Below are positions 34,593 through 45,342 of a DNA stretch of 64,000 nucleotides, one piece after another. The notes beneath the pieces were generated by a model. It made no database searches, was not told the DNA's origin, and saw nothing but the letters and a program-made list of their open reading frames with translations. The stretch is from Microbotryum violaceum. Lineage: Eukaryota. Both the position numbers and the translations under genes were made by a program. The first letter of the stretch is position 1; each line of letters starts with the position of its first letter. The stretch covers positions 806,001 through 870,000 of the forward strand of contig CDLV01000009.1 of NCBI GenBank assembly GCA_001244265.2, in the 5' to 3' direction.

Positions 34593-35038
34593 GACGCAGC
34601 ACGCCGTGTCGCATCTATTCGAGGATTGGGGGACCTACTAATGTATGCCCCAGCGAACTCGACACCGATCACGACGGACGTCTCATCGTGCGCTCCAACC
34701 TGTTCATCGAAGGCGAACTTCCTTTATCTTCATACTTGTACATCACCTCATCGCCGGCAGGCAATGAAGATAAAGGAAGTTCGCCTTCGATGAACAGGTT
34801 GGAGCGCACGATGAGACGTCCGTCGTGATCGGTGTCGGCGACTCCTGCGGCTCTTCGTGCTTCGAAGCATCTGAAGCGCCCTACTCGGGAGGACGACCAG
34901 TGGGACACCGAGGAGGAATCCGCCGACGAAACTTCGGAGGAAGCCCAACGTGAAGAGCTAATGGCGCAACTTAATCGACTTGCTCCTCAGGCCAGGAAGA
35001 AGAAGAAAAGCTTACCCGTCCCTTCGACCCGTCGGGCT
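34335..35038. repeat. Nested perfect inverted repeat (fold-back duplication)
   Basis: 34335-34535 is the reverse complement of 34838-35038 (201 bp). 34660-34733 is the reverse complement of 34764-34837 (74 bp). Loop 34734-34763 is 30 nt. Confidence 0.95.
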
Positions 35039-35878
35039 AAAACAGGACACTTTGCTTGGAAAGCGTGGATCCTATTAGTACTCATAAATACTGCAAAGAC
35101 TGGGAGGCTTGGCATACCTTTGCTTGGACAGCGTGACACACTTGAAAGGAGGGAACCGACCCTGAACGCTGGCACGTTGGGTGGCAAGTGTAGTCTGTAG
35201 CGGAAGGTAGCCAAGTAAGCCAACATGCCCAACAAGGACAGTTGTGAGCAGGAGTACCAAAAGGTAGAGCCTGATGCGGGGGAGTGATGTACCTTAGCTC
35301 CGGGAGCGTGACTCGGTACTCAGGAAAATAAGGTGCGGCTACACTGGCAGGTGTAGGGCAGAAACGGCTGCATACAGGGTATGAACAGTCAGTCAACAAT
35401 CCAACAAGGAAGGTTGAGAAGAAGAGGCGTACGCAGTGGGCAGCTGTCCGTCGTAGTCTGGCAGGGCAGAAGACTGGGAGGCAGTTGCGTGTTTGTATCG
35501 CTGGGGAGGTCCTGTGAGATGCTCGGAACCTGTCAGCCAGAAGGCGTGAGGGCAGGAAGAGATCTAGGACGGCAACCAACCTTGGCAGGAGGTGGCAAAG
35601 GTACGCAGCGAATACTGGTACGGCAACAGCAGGCAGTGCGGAACTGACCCAGTGCGGCGGGAGCGTGCTTGGGGAGATTCCTGCGCGGGTGCGGCTTACG
35701 GGCCAAGGCTTATGCTCGAGGCAGGCGTGCGAGCACGGCTTACTGCGGGAGGCCTGCGTGCGGGCACGGCTTACAGCGAGAGGCCTGCGTGCGGGCACGG
35801 CTTACGGCTGCGGGTGTTGAAGTCGCGCGCGCTAAAGTCCTCAGCGTCAAACTCTTGCAGCAAAAGCCGAAAAGCGAT
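35039..35878 (-). repeat. A1 5' direct repeat (840 bp) containing a 3 x 31-bp minisatellite (35713-35805)
   Basis: Near-identical to 29324-30132; identity stops at ...ccgaaaagcgat (35878). Confidence 0.95.
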
Positions 35879-36247
35879 TATTGCAAAGTCCCAAGATCAA
35901 GCAAGCAGGTACACTCCAGTGGATCCGGCCATGTCCGAAGAGCGGAACACTTGTCACTCGGCGCTACCCCCACTTTTCACTTGTAACTCGGGATCTGCGC
36001 TTACAGCTGCTTACAATGCTTAATCCGCCTATGGCAGCCGGTTGGGCATCGGGTTCGCGCTCGCTCAAAAGCGCTCAAACAAGTGGAGGTGCGCGATCGC
36101 TGTCGATCGCTGGGCTCCACATTAGCTCCACATCATGGACGACTCGAAGCGACTCTCGGTCTGCCTTCCATTCCCACTCTCTTTCTTCTTCCTCCATCAC
36201 ACTCTCACTCCACACTTTCAAACCCCCGAACACCTACCTCTGCTACC

Positions 36248-37859
36248 ATGCCCTCCCTGTCTCAACCTCGCAAGATCGCTGATGTGCTTGTCGGTCCTTT
36301 GGGATACGGTCAGTCCCCTCGTCCTGAACCGTCCCCTCACGTCATGTTTCCGAGCTCCGTCATCGTCAGCCATCTTCACTCAACTCAGGTGCAGCGAAAC
36401 TGACCTCGTTCTTTCTTTCGCTCTATTCGTATTACAACAACCCATTCCATCATCCTCTCCTCGTCACTCGATGATCCTCTCCGACCTCTCCGCAGGCGCG
36501 ATGAACATGACGTGGAAACCCGAGGCTCAACACACCCCGGACGAGCAAGCGTTCGAGACGTTGAAGACCGCGATCGATGCTGTTCCCAAAGAGGCCAAGG
36601 CATTCATCAACTGTGAGCATTTCTGTTTTCAGATTTCACATCGAGTAGCAACGCTTATCTCTGTGCTGATTTTTTTACTTCGCAGCCGGAGAATTCTACG
36701 GACAACCGAAGAGGGAGTTGAACCTCGAACTGCTGGCAAGTCGGTATCTCCTTCTATAAGCGGCTTCAAGAAACACCAAGTCTTACCCTCTTTCGTTATA
36801 ACCAGGCTCGCTTCTTCAAGAAATTCCCCGATTACTCGGACCGAGTCTTTCTCTCGGTCAAGGCCGGTATGACGCTCGAGATGAAACCCGACTCGAGCCT
36901 CGAGGCGCTTCGTAAAAAGTGAGCTCTCATTTGAGGCATCCCTCAGCTCATCTGATTCTGCGGACTTGAGGGGACTAAACTATTCCGAATTTTGGGTACA
37001 ATTAGCTGTGAGAACATCAACAAGCACCTCGGTGGTCGCAAGATGGACTTGTTCGAGCCGGCTCGTGTGGACACCATCCGACCGATCGAGGAGGTCAGTA
37101 TTTGTCGAGGATGAAGTTTTCAAAGAAAGTCTTGATATGGTTCCCTAAGCTGACGTAAACCACACCACACCACACCACAGACGATGCGGAACCTCAAAAC
37201 TCTTCAAAAAGAAGGCCACTTTGCTTACATCGGTCTATCCGAGACCGCTCCGGCGACCCTCCGTCGCGCCGCGAAAGTAGGCCCCGTCGCAGCCGTCGAA
37301 GTCGAATACTCCCCCTGGTCAACCCAAGACATCGAAGGTCCCGACGGCATCATCGAAACCTGTCGTGAACTAGGCATCACCATGATCGCTTATTCACCCC
37401 TTGGTCGAGGCTTCATCACGGGAACGATCAAGAGTCGTGCGGATCTCCCCGAAGGGGATTCGAGGTTACATTTGGATCGTTTCTCGGAGGAGAACTTTAA
37501 AAATAATTTGAAGTTGGTGGAAAAGTTGGAAAAGATCGCGCAGGAGAAGGGGTGTACGGTCACGCAGTTGGCGTTGGCGTGGAACTTGAGTCAGGCCGAC
37601 TTTATTGTGCCTATTCCGGGATCGGTGAGTTGGAGGCGTGCTTCAGGATGGAAAGAGTTGACAGGGGCCACTAGGAAACTCAAGCTCGTGATCCGTCATC
37701 ATCACACAGACCCGACCCGAAGGCGTCAAAGAAGGTCTTGGAGCCCTCCAAGTCGACCTGAACTCACAAGACCTCGATGCGATTCGTGAAGTTATCGATA
37801 GCGTCACCGTTGTTGGAGGTCGCTACAACAAGCACATCGATGCTCATTCAATGAAGTAG
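36248..37859 (+). CDS. Aldo-keto reductase (pyridoxal reductase / AKR13-like), multi-exon
   Basis: GPLGYG|AMNMTW, EFYG, LSVKAG, YIGLSE, AVEVEYSPW, IAYSPLGRGF, QLALAW and VPIPGS; ends GGRYNKHIDAHSMK*. Confidence 0.92.
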
Positions 37860-38106
37860 AGAGGTTGGGTAATTGAGGTTGTGACGTTGTGATTACCTAA
37901 AAGCTGAAAATTCTGTAACTCGACCTTTTCCTCGTGAACGAAATGACAAGAAGCGTGGGGTCACGTATTCGTTCGGGCCTCACTCTCACGTCTCTTATGA
38001 ATGCTGCCTTTCACAATAGATCTCACGGCCAATGCATCTTGCAGAAGGGGCCCACCCCGCAAGGGACTACTTCATAACTATAACCAAATCTCTTTACACA
38101 TCGACT

Positions 38107-40104
38107 TTAAGCAGCGGCTTTGACGGCGGCGGTGGCGGCCTCGTCCAGTCCGTCAAACGCAAAGATCTTCATCCCACTCTCCTTGATCAACCTGAGAAAA
38201 GCACGACCAAAAAGAAAGAGCGCGAGGATCAGTCCAAGAACCTCACGACAATCCTGCTTAGATGAACTCACTTTTTCGCCTCGACCTCCTTGGTGCCTTG
38301 CAACCTCACGATCAAAGGGATCTTCAACTCGAGCTCTTTCGCAGCCATAATGATCCCCTCCGCAATCACATCACACCTCATGATACCGCCAAAGATGTTG
38401 ACGAAAATTGACTTGACTCCTTTATCCGACAGGATCAACTCGAAAGCGTTCTTGACCGCTTCGGCCGTAGCACCTCCTCCTACGTCGAGGAAATTGGCGG
38501 GTTTCCCACCGTTGAGGTTCAAGACGTCCATGGTGGCCATCGCGAGACCGGCACCGTTGACGAGGCAGCCGATCGATCCGTCGAGTTTGATAAAGTTGAG
38601 GCCGTACTTGGCCGCTTCGACTTCGGCGGGATCCTCTTGGGTCAAATCGCGTAGCTTGAACACGTCCTATGCGAAATGGATGCAAAAGAGGACATTAGAT
38701 TTAGCACATACCCCTTAACCTTCTTGACAGCGACGCTGGGTTCTTCATACCTTTTGTCGGAACTCGGCGTTCTCATCAAAGCCCAATTTGGCGTCCATGC
38801 ACAGCACATCGCCACCCTCGACCTCAGCCAAAGGGTTGATCTCGATTTGCGTCGCGTCCTTCTCTTTGAAGAGTCTGAACAACTTGACAAAGACGTCGGC
38901 GGCCTTGTCTTGGTTCGCGGATTCGAAACCGAGCTTCTGGGCGGCTTCTAATGCGGCCGAGTGGGAGAGACCTTGCTCAAAGTCGATGGGGACGGTCAGG
39001 ATCGCCGAGGGGTCGTCGCGCGCGACATCTTCGATGCTGTGAGAGGAGAGAGAGGGTTCGCGGTTGAGTATTCGGTAGGACGAGGATGGTGCGAACAACG
39101 AGGGACTGACTTCATTCCACCCTGCCTGGAAGCGACCAATGCGGGTCCGCCGAGTCCTCGGTCGTTGAGGATCGCGACGTAGTACTCGTGCGTGGGCTGT
39201 CTTCGCTCGGCCAACATGACCTGTGGGGTAAGGACTGAAGATGAGTAAGTGTTGAGCCAGAGACACGAGGTACAAGACCGAGAGCTCACGGCATTGCACG
39301 CTCGTCCTGCGGCTCCGGTCTGCTTGGTGATGAGCTTGTGGCCGATCATCTGCGCGGCGAACTTTTGTGCTTGTTCGGGGCTATTGGGTGGGTAGAGATG
39401 GAAGGTTAGAGTCCAATGATGAGAACGGGAAGGGTGTGCGGGGCGGGCGAGAGGCAACGCACGAATCGACCATCTGGACACCGCCCTTGAGTCCGTCTTT
39501 TCCGTCAAAGTGACCCTTGCCTCGACCACCGGCCAGAACCTGAGCCTTGATCACCAGCTTTTCAGCACCTGGGGAGTGGGGAGGGTGGTGTATGGTGTGA
39601 GTGAGTTGGGTGAAAGGCCAATGAGGGGTGGGCCAACTCGGGGAACGAGGCGAGCAGAGAGTGGGGTTTTGGCCGCTCTGCCCTCGCCGCCAAGCCGTCT
39701 CCCAAGAAGATGAACTGACCAAAGTTCTTGGCGACCTGGAACGCCTCATCGGCCGAAAAGGCGGGTTTGGATTTCGGTGTCGGGACGCCGTACTGCAACC
39801 CATAGTCGAGGGGGTCAGTTCTCTCGTGTGCGCCGAATGCCGACGACGACAAGATGGGTTGCGGGATGCGGGAGACTGACTTGGTTGAGCAGGTTCATGG
39901 AAAGGTACTCATGGATCGAGAGGTGACGGCGTTGTTGGGACAAGGTCGAAGGCTGCAGTTTGATCGCGGGAAGGGCGTTCGGGTTCGGCGACGATCGGGT
40001 GGAGGAGGAGCAAGGGTCAGTGAGCGATCCATTCGGTTTGGTGCGAGTGTGGATGAACTGACCCTGGGGAGCTTGGCTCGGGTCGATCGAAGTGCTGCCA
40101 GCAT
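38107..40104 (-). CDS. LSC2: Succinyl-CoA ligase beta subunit, mitochondrial; multi-exon
   Basis: [70 protein letters not shown] and [11 protein letters not shown]. Confidence 0.96.
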
Positions 40105-40965
40105 GGTGGGAGTGGTGGTCGGGGGGGAGTTGTGGGTCGAGAGAGGGACCAACGGGTGCAAAGCAAGCGTGGTCGGTCGGGAGCGGCCGCGAGTCGGAGC
40201 CGCGGGGAAACACCGACAACGATTACACCGCGGTCTAATGGGGTATTTACCCTCGAGGCGCGTCGCTAGTCCGGGCGGGACACCGCACCAGCCTCAGCAG
40301 CACGATGCCCCTTTTCCTCTTGCCCCAAAAAATAACGACGGCGGACCGTGAGACTGACCTTTTGATCGGCTCGGTTCTTTGCCCGTTTCGAGAGGTATCC
40401 CCGTCGAGGGGTGCGGGTTAGGATTGAAGCCCCTTACAGGGATCATTCGTTGCACACACCCCTCTACGACGACCAGTCCGCCAGATCGGGTGTCGATGAT
40501 GACACGGACCTCTATTGAGTTTGCGCTGGACGATCTCTCTTCACTGATGATTATATGTCCACGGCCAGTGCATAATTTTTGAGCGTCTACATTCCTCTTT
40601 GTTCTGTGGTGTAGCTGTTGCTGTGAAAGGGGTTACGCCTGTGCGAATGCCATAGTAGTACTCGAGCTGCGAAGCGGAGTGAACAGGTCGTGATCGGATC
40701 TTGTGACCCGTCAGGTGTTGAGCACCAATAAAGAATTTCACAATTCAAACTAGTCTACAAAGACGACTCCTGTACCGACATGCGCTCCAGCCAACTTCCT
40801 TCGCTTGTGTGAGCTGGGTCTAGCTATCGAGAGCTAACGAGCTCACACTCGGCGCTAATGACTCCGCCAGACTCCGCCAGACTCCGCCTCGGGCCCCCCT
40901 CGGCCTGCTCACCCCACCTTGGCCCGTGGCGCCTCGACCACGACCACGACCACGCACCAGCCAGC

Positions 40966-41705
40966 ATGGCCTCGCACCACCAGTTCAAAGATCGGTCACT
41001 GATCGCCACCATTGGCGATGAGGTCAGTCACCCGACGCAGCTTGGGCGCTACTGCCCAGTCGTCGAGGCAGACAACTGACACCCATCCCAACTCTCCTCA
41101 GGACACCATCACCGGTCTTCTCCTCGCTGGCACGGGGCACGTCGATGCGAGGGGGAAGAAGAACTTTATGGTCGTCACTTCCAGTGCGTTCGTGCCTCTG
41201 GTCGTGCTCACTGTTCGCTGTCATTCGTCCGAGACGTCCTCCTTGCTCGCTCGGCTCGACTCGACAGGATTGTCATCGCATACCGCCATGGGAAATCAAA
41301 CCCAGTGGCTGATCTCGGAAACACCTGCCTCTCTGCAGAAACGCCGGTCGCGACGATCGAATCCGCATTCGCAGAATACACGGACCGCAGCGACATCGCG
41401 ATCGTTCTGATCAACCAGCATGTTCGTACAAAGCTCAACCCACATCCACGGACGTGCCACGCCTGATATCCTCCTTGTGAACCTCGACAGATCGCGGACC
41501 AGATCCGTCCGTTGGTCGAAAAGTACGAGCGAGCGTTCCCGGCCCTGTTGGAGATCCCCTCCAAGGATCATCCGTATGGTACGTTCGATCGAGCCGCACC
41601 GATCCATCGTGCCAATCTCAGACTGATCAAGCTCGCTGCGAGGCGCGTACAGACCCTTCCAAGGACTCGGTCTTGAAACGGGTCAAGAAGCTGTTTGGAG
41701 AATAG
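40966..41705 (+). CDS. VMA7: V-type ATPase subunit F
   Basis: Spliced [33 protein letters not shown]...[56 protein letters not shown]. Confidence 0.95.
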
Positions 41706-41988
41706 ACGAGCGAGGCGGGAATAGGCGGAGGTGTTCTGGATTCACGCGTTTCTTTTTGTGTTTAACATATTTTTTTGTTTGCAATTGTGTGTCAACTTGT
41801 ATTTCGGAAGAAAATCTGGCGTAAATCAAGTCATTTTTTGCACGGGCTGCCCGATCGACGCCGAGCTCTTCAAAGTCGACGTGTTCGATTCAGATCCTCG
41901 TTTGCTCTGTCTTCCCGTTCAACTCGAAACCCGACGCGAGACACACGCTCCCGCCCAGAGCACGACACTCTCACGTGCTGTCACCAAC

Positions 41989-44915
41989 ATGGTCTCGGCC
42001 ACCACCCTGGACGACACCATCATCTCGGCAGGCGTGACAACCTCCATCACGGCCTTGCAAGCTCTCCTCGCCCCACCTTCCACCGCCTCTTCCCAACTCG
42101 CCGCTTCCAAATTCCTCTCCACCGCACTGTCCCCACCTTCCACCTCCACCTCCACCTCCACCTCTTCAACACCTCTCACCCCCTCCCACCTCGCTGCGAC
42201 CCTGCCCCTCCTCCTCAAACAGCAACAACACCAAGCGCAAACGCTCGAACGTCAATTCGAGCTCAGCACCTCCCGCACCTCCCAACTCGTCCTCCAAGCT
42301 AAAGACACTCTAGCGCACTTGGCTCAACGTACAAAGGAGTCCAAAACGAACCACGAGGCTCTGCACGACGCGTTGATAGATCATAGGGAGGCGTTGGTCT
42401 CGAGTGTCTCCGCCTCGACGACGGGCACCCATGAGGACCAGGGTGACCAAGGCGGTACCTTGAGGGAGAGGTTGATGGCCTATAGTAAGAGGAGGGAGCA
42501 GTTGAAATGCGTGTTGCAGTACTTTACCGTGTTGGCCAAGGCCGAGGAATTGGGGTGAGCTTCCCAAACTCTGGCTCGGGCGAAAACCTTGCCCACTCCC
42601 GACTGCCACTGACACCCACCTACACCCCTAAGACTCATCTCGTTACGAGCCCTCCAAGACGAATCCTTACCCGGCGCATTGTCGGGATACGTTCAGTTGG
42701 TCGAATACATCAGGAACATCCACGACAACGCACCGGCCTTGAATTTGATGACCCATTTGGTCGGCATGGCCTCGAGCGTCTGGTCCCAATTGCTCAAGGC
42801 TTTGTCCGCGTGAGTAGAAAGGTGTCGTGGCGTATTGGATACCCAGCGCTAAGTCTTCCTCTGATTATTTCTTGGTAGCCGTCTACTTCAACGCCTCGAG
42901 GCTCTCGGATGGCCCCAACCCATCAAGGAACCGCTTGACGACTATGATCAAGCCACCGCCGACTTTAGAGCCAGTTTCACCGACTTGCTTATATTAGAAA
43001 ACATGTTCGTCCATTCGAGCGAGCTCTGAAACAACGCTCTGCTACCCCTTACTGATGACTCGCATCCTGCTCCAGTCAAACCAAGCATCCTCTACCCTCA
43101 TCTTCGAACTCAGTCACCACTCAGCCCGCTCGACCTTTGCTCGCGTTGGCACCACTCGTGCATCCTCTGCTTTTGAGGTTCCGATGGCATTTCGATGGCG
43201 ACAGGAATACGAACCGTATTGACAAGGTAGATGACTCCTCATGTTCGAGCACAATGACTTCATACTGATTGATCGGAATCATTTGGCCTACAGCCGGAAT
43301 ACCCGCTCTCGCATGTGCTCAACTTGCTTTCGGCGCATGACGAGTTTCTCTCGACCGAGGTGCAGACTTTGCTTGATGAGAACGGATTCGAGCATGTCGA
43401 TGCCATCGTAAGCTCTTGGATCCTCTACATCTTCATCTCAATCAGATGCTGACCTAGCCCTGTCTCCTCCCTCAGATCGATTTCACGACCCTCCTCCTCC
43501 CCCCCTTGGCCGCGCGAATCAACCACCACATGCCCCAACTCCTCGACATGCCCCCGATCCTAGCGCACACCATCTTTCAAATCCTCGAATTCGACGCCGT
43601 GCTCCGATCCCGCAACTACCTCCCGCGAGGTCAAACTTCCGAAGATTGGAAAGGATTGAGCGAATTGATCCTCGGTCGTAAAGAATGGTTCGACCATTGG
43701 CTTTCGTCCGAGAAGACCTTCTTCGACGAACGCTATTACCTCGCCATCAGTTCCCCCGATGCCTGGCAAGTCGTCCCTCAAGACGAATACGATCCCGATT
43801 CGACTGACGCGCAATCCGAAACGAGGCCGACGGTCTCGGCGTTAAAAGTTGCCGATCTGGCTCACGCGATTACGGACCGGTACCGCCCTTTACCGATTCA
43901 ACATGGTCTTTCGTTCTTGTTCAAAGTTCACCTCCCTCTGATCGCGACTTATGCCGAACGCATCACCTCCTCCTTTGACGCGTTCGAGTCACTTTCGTTC
44001 GGTTTGTTACCCGGTGCCTTAGGCACCACCACAGCCGCTACAGCGGGTGTAGGAGGTTTATCTCGGATCGTACGAAGTGGTATCTCCGCGCGATGGATGG
44101 GGGAAAAGTGTCTTGAATGGGGTGAGGACGCCTTCTTCCTCGAACTGTACGAAAACGTCAAAACCCAAGGCGTGCCGTATGCGTTGGAACTGGTCGCCAA
44201 GGACGTGTTGGAACGGTCCGAAGGCACCTTGTTTGATCGAGAGCGGAGGACGTTCGAAGCTTTGGCCGACCGGGCCGAGGATTTGATCGTGAAACATGTG
44301 GCGAGGGAGGTGTTGGGGGAACTCAAAGCTTACCTAGCCAAGAGATGGGATTACGAACGACCGTCTTCCTCGTTGTCGACATCGACGACGATCACGCAAG
44401 AACACGATCCCGACCTTTCGCTTTCACAAGAACTGATCGCCCCCCTTTCGCTCTTCACGACCATGCTCAAGCAACTCGTGTCGGCGTACCCTCCCTCCAC
44501 GACGACCACTCTATACCGACGCATCTCCGTATCCCTCTCCACATCGTTGTACGATCGTCTTCTCGTCAATCGAGCCTGGTCTGAAGCCGGCGCTCTCCAA
44601 CTCGTTCATGATGTTCACAATGGTTTCTTACAGGCCGGTCGAGAAGCAGCGATCCAAAGGGGCGTAGGCAAGGGATGGGAATTGTTACAAGGTGGGGCGA
44701 GGATCATGGCTTTACCGGCGGCGACCTCCACCGTCGGGACGACCACGCCGGAGTACACTTTCTCCAAAGTGATGCAAATCGCTTTCGATGATTCGGAACC
44801 GGAGGGCGAAGGCACCAAGTTTGGGATCATGATGGATCAAATTGGGGTAGGGGAGGTGTTGGGCAAGCCGGAGGTGAGGCAGGTGATGAGGAGACGGCCC
44901 GAGTGTTGGAAATAG
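41989..44915 (+). CDS. TIP20: TIP20/RINT-1 family Dsl1-complex subunit, multi-exon
   Basis: Signature LRFRWHFDGDRNTNRIDK|PEYPL and LAHTIFQILEFD, ITDRYRPLP and WSEAGALQLVHD; C-terminal RRRPECWK*. Confidence 0.88.
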
Positions 44916-45342
44916 GTTGTGCTTGTCTGTAATGCTCGAGTCTCTCTCCACCAGATGGCCCGATTCAGTTTCCTGCGATGTCGATTGTTCGAGAATGCCA
45001 CAGAACGGAGCAAGCCACGAGCGAGACGAGCGAGGAGAGAGAAAGGGAGATCAGAGTCGTAAACATTGGTCGTCTGAGTCAGAAGTCAAAGCATTCTAAA
45101 ACACAAACGTTTCGTAAAGTGGAGTAAAAGAGTCAAACATAAAAGGGAGAAGGAGAAGGGAGAAAAGGAAGAAAAAGTGTAACATCCCGTTAGGGAAGAA
45201 ATGAAGATTGTCTATGGAAGCGCAACCTGTCAAAAGCACAGAAAGGCAAGATTGCGAGGACGAAATTCAAACAATGGCGTTGCATGCGCAGAAACATGAG
45301 GTGAGAGGGTTCCAAAAGCTCGCTCCTCTGTTGCGAAGGTTA

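Larger units (their letters stand above)
29133..35878 (-). mobile_element. Tyrosine-recombinase retrotransposon, Ngaro-like (split direct repeats A1-ORFs-B1-A2-B2), about 6.7 kb, with an internal 5' rearrangement
   Basis: gag, RT/RNase H and YR ORFs on the minus strand. A repeats at 35039-35878 and 29324-30132; B repeats at 30161-30213 and 29133-29185. No LTR integrase, no methyltransferase ORF and no target-site duplication seen. Confidence 0.93.

Noticed and set aside
34832-35200. Plus-strand 122-aa ORF identical to part of gag
   Set aside because: A by-product of the inverted duplication running into A1, with no ATG start; not an independent gene.
29324-35878. The ~0.8-kb direct repeats read as LTRs of a Gypsy/Copia element
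   Set aside because: No TG...CA ends, TSD, protease or DDE integrase. The YR ORF and the extra B repeats indicate split direct repeats.
40861-40953. Short tandem repeats (actccgccag x3; cgacca x3) upstream of VMA7
   Set aside because: Too short and low-complexity to support a regulatory call without conservation data.
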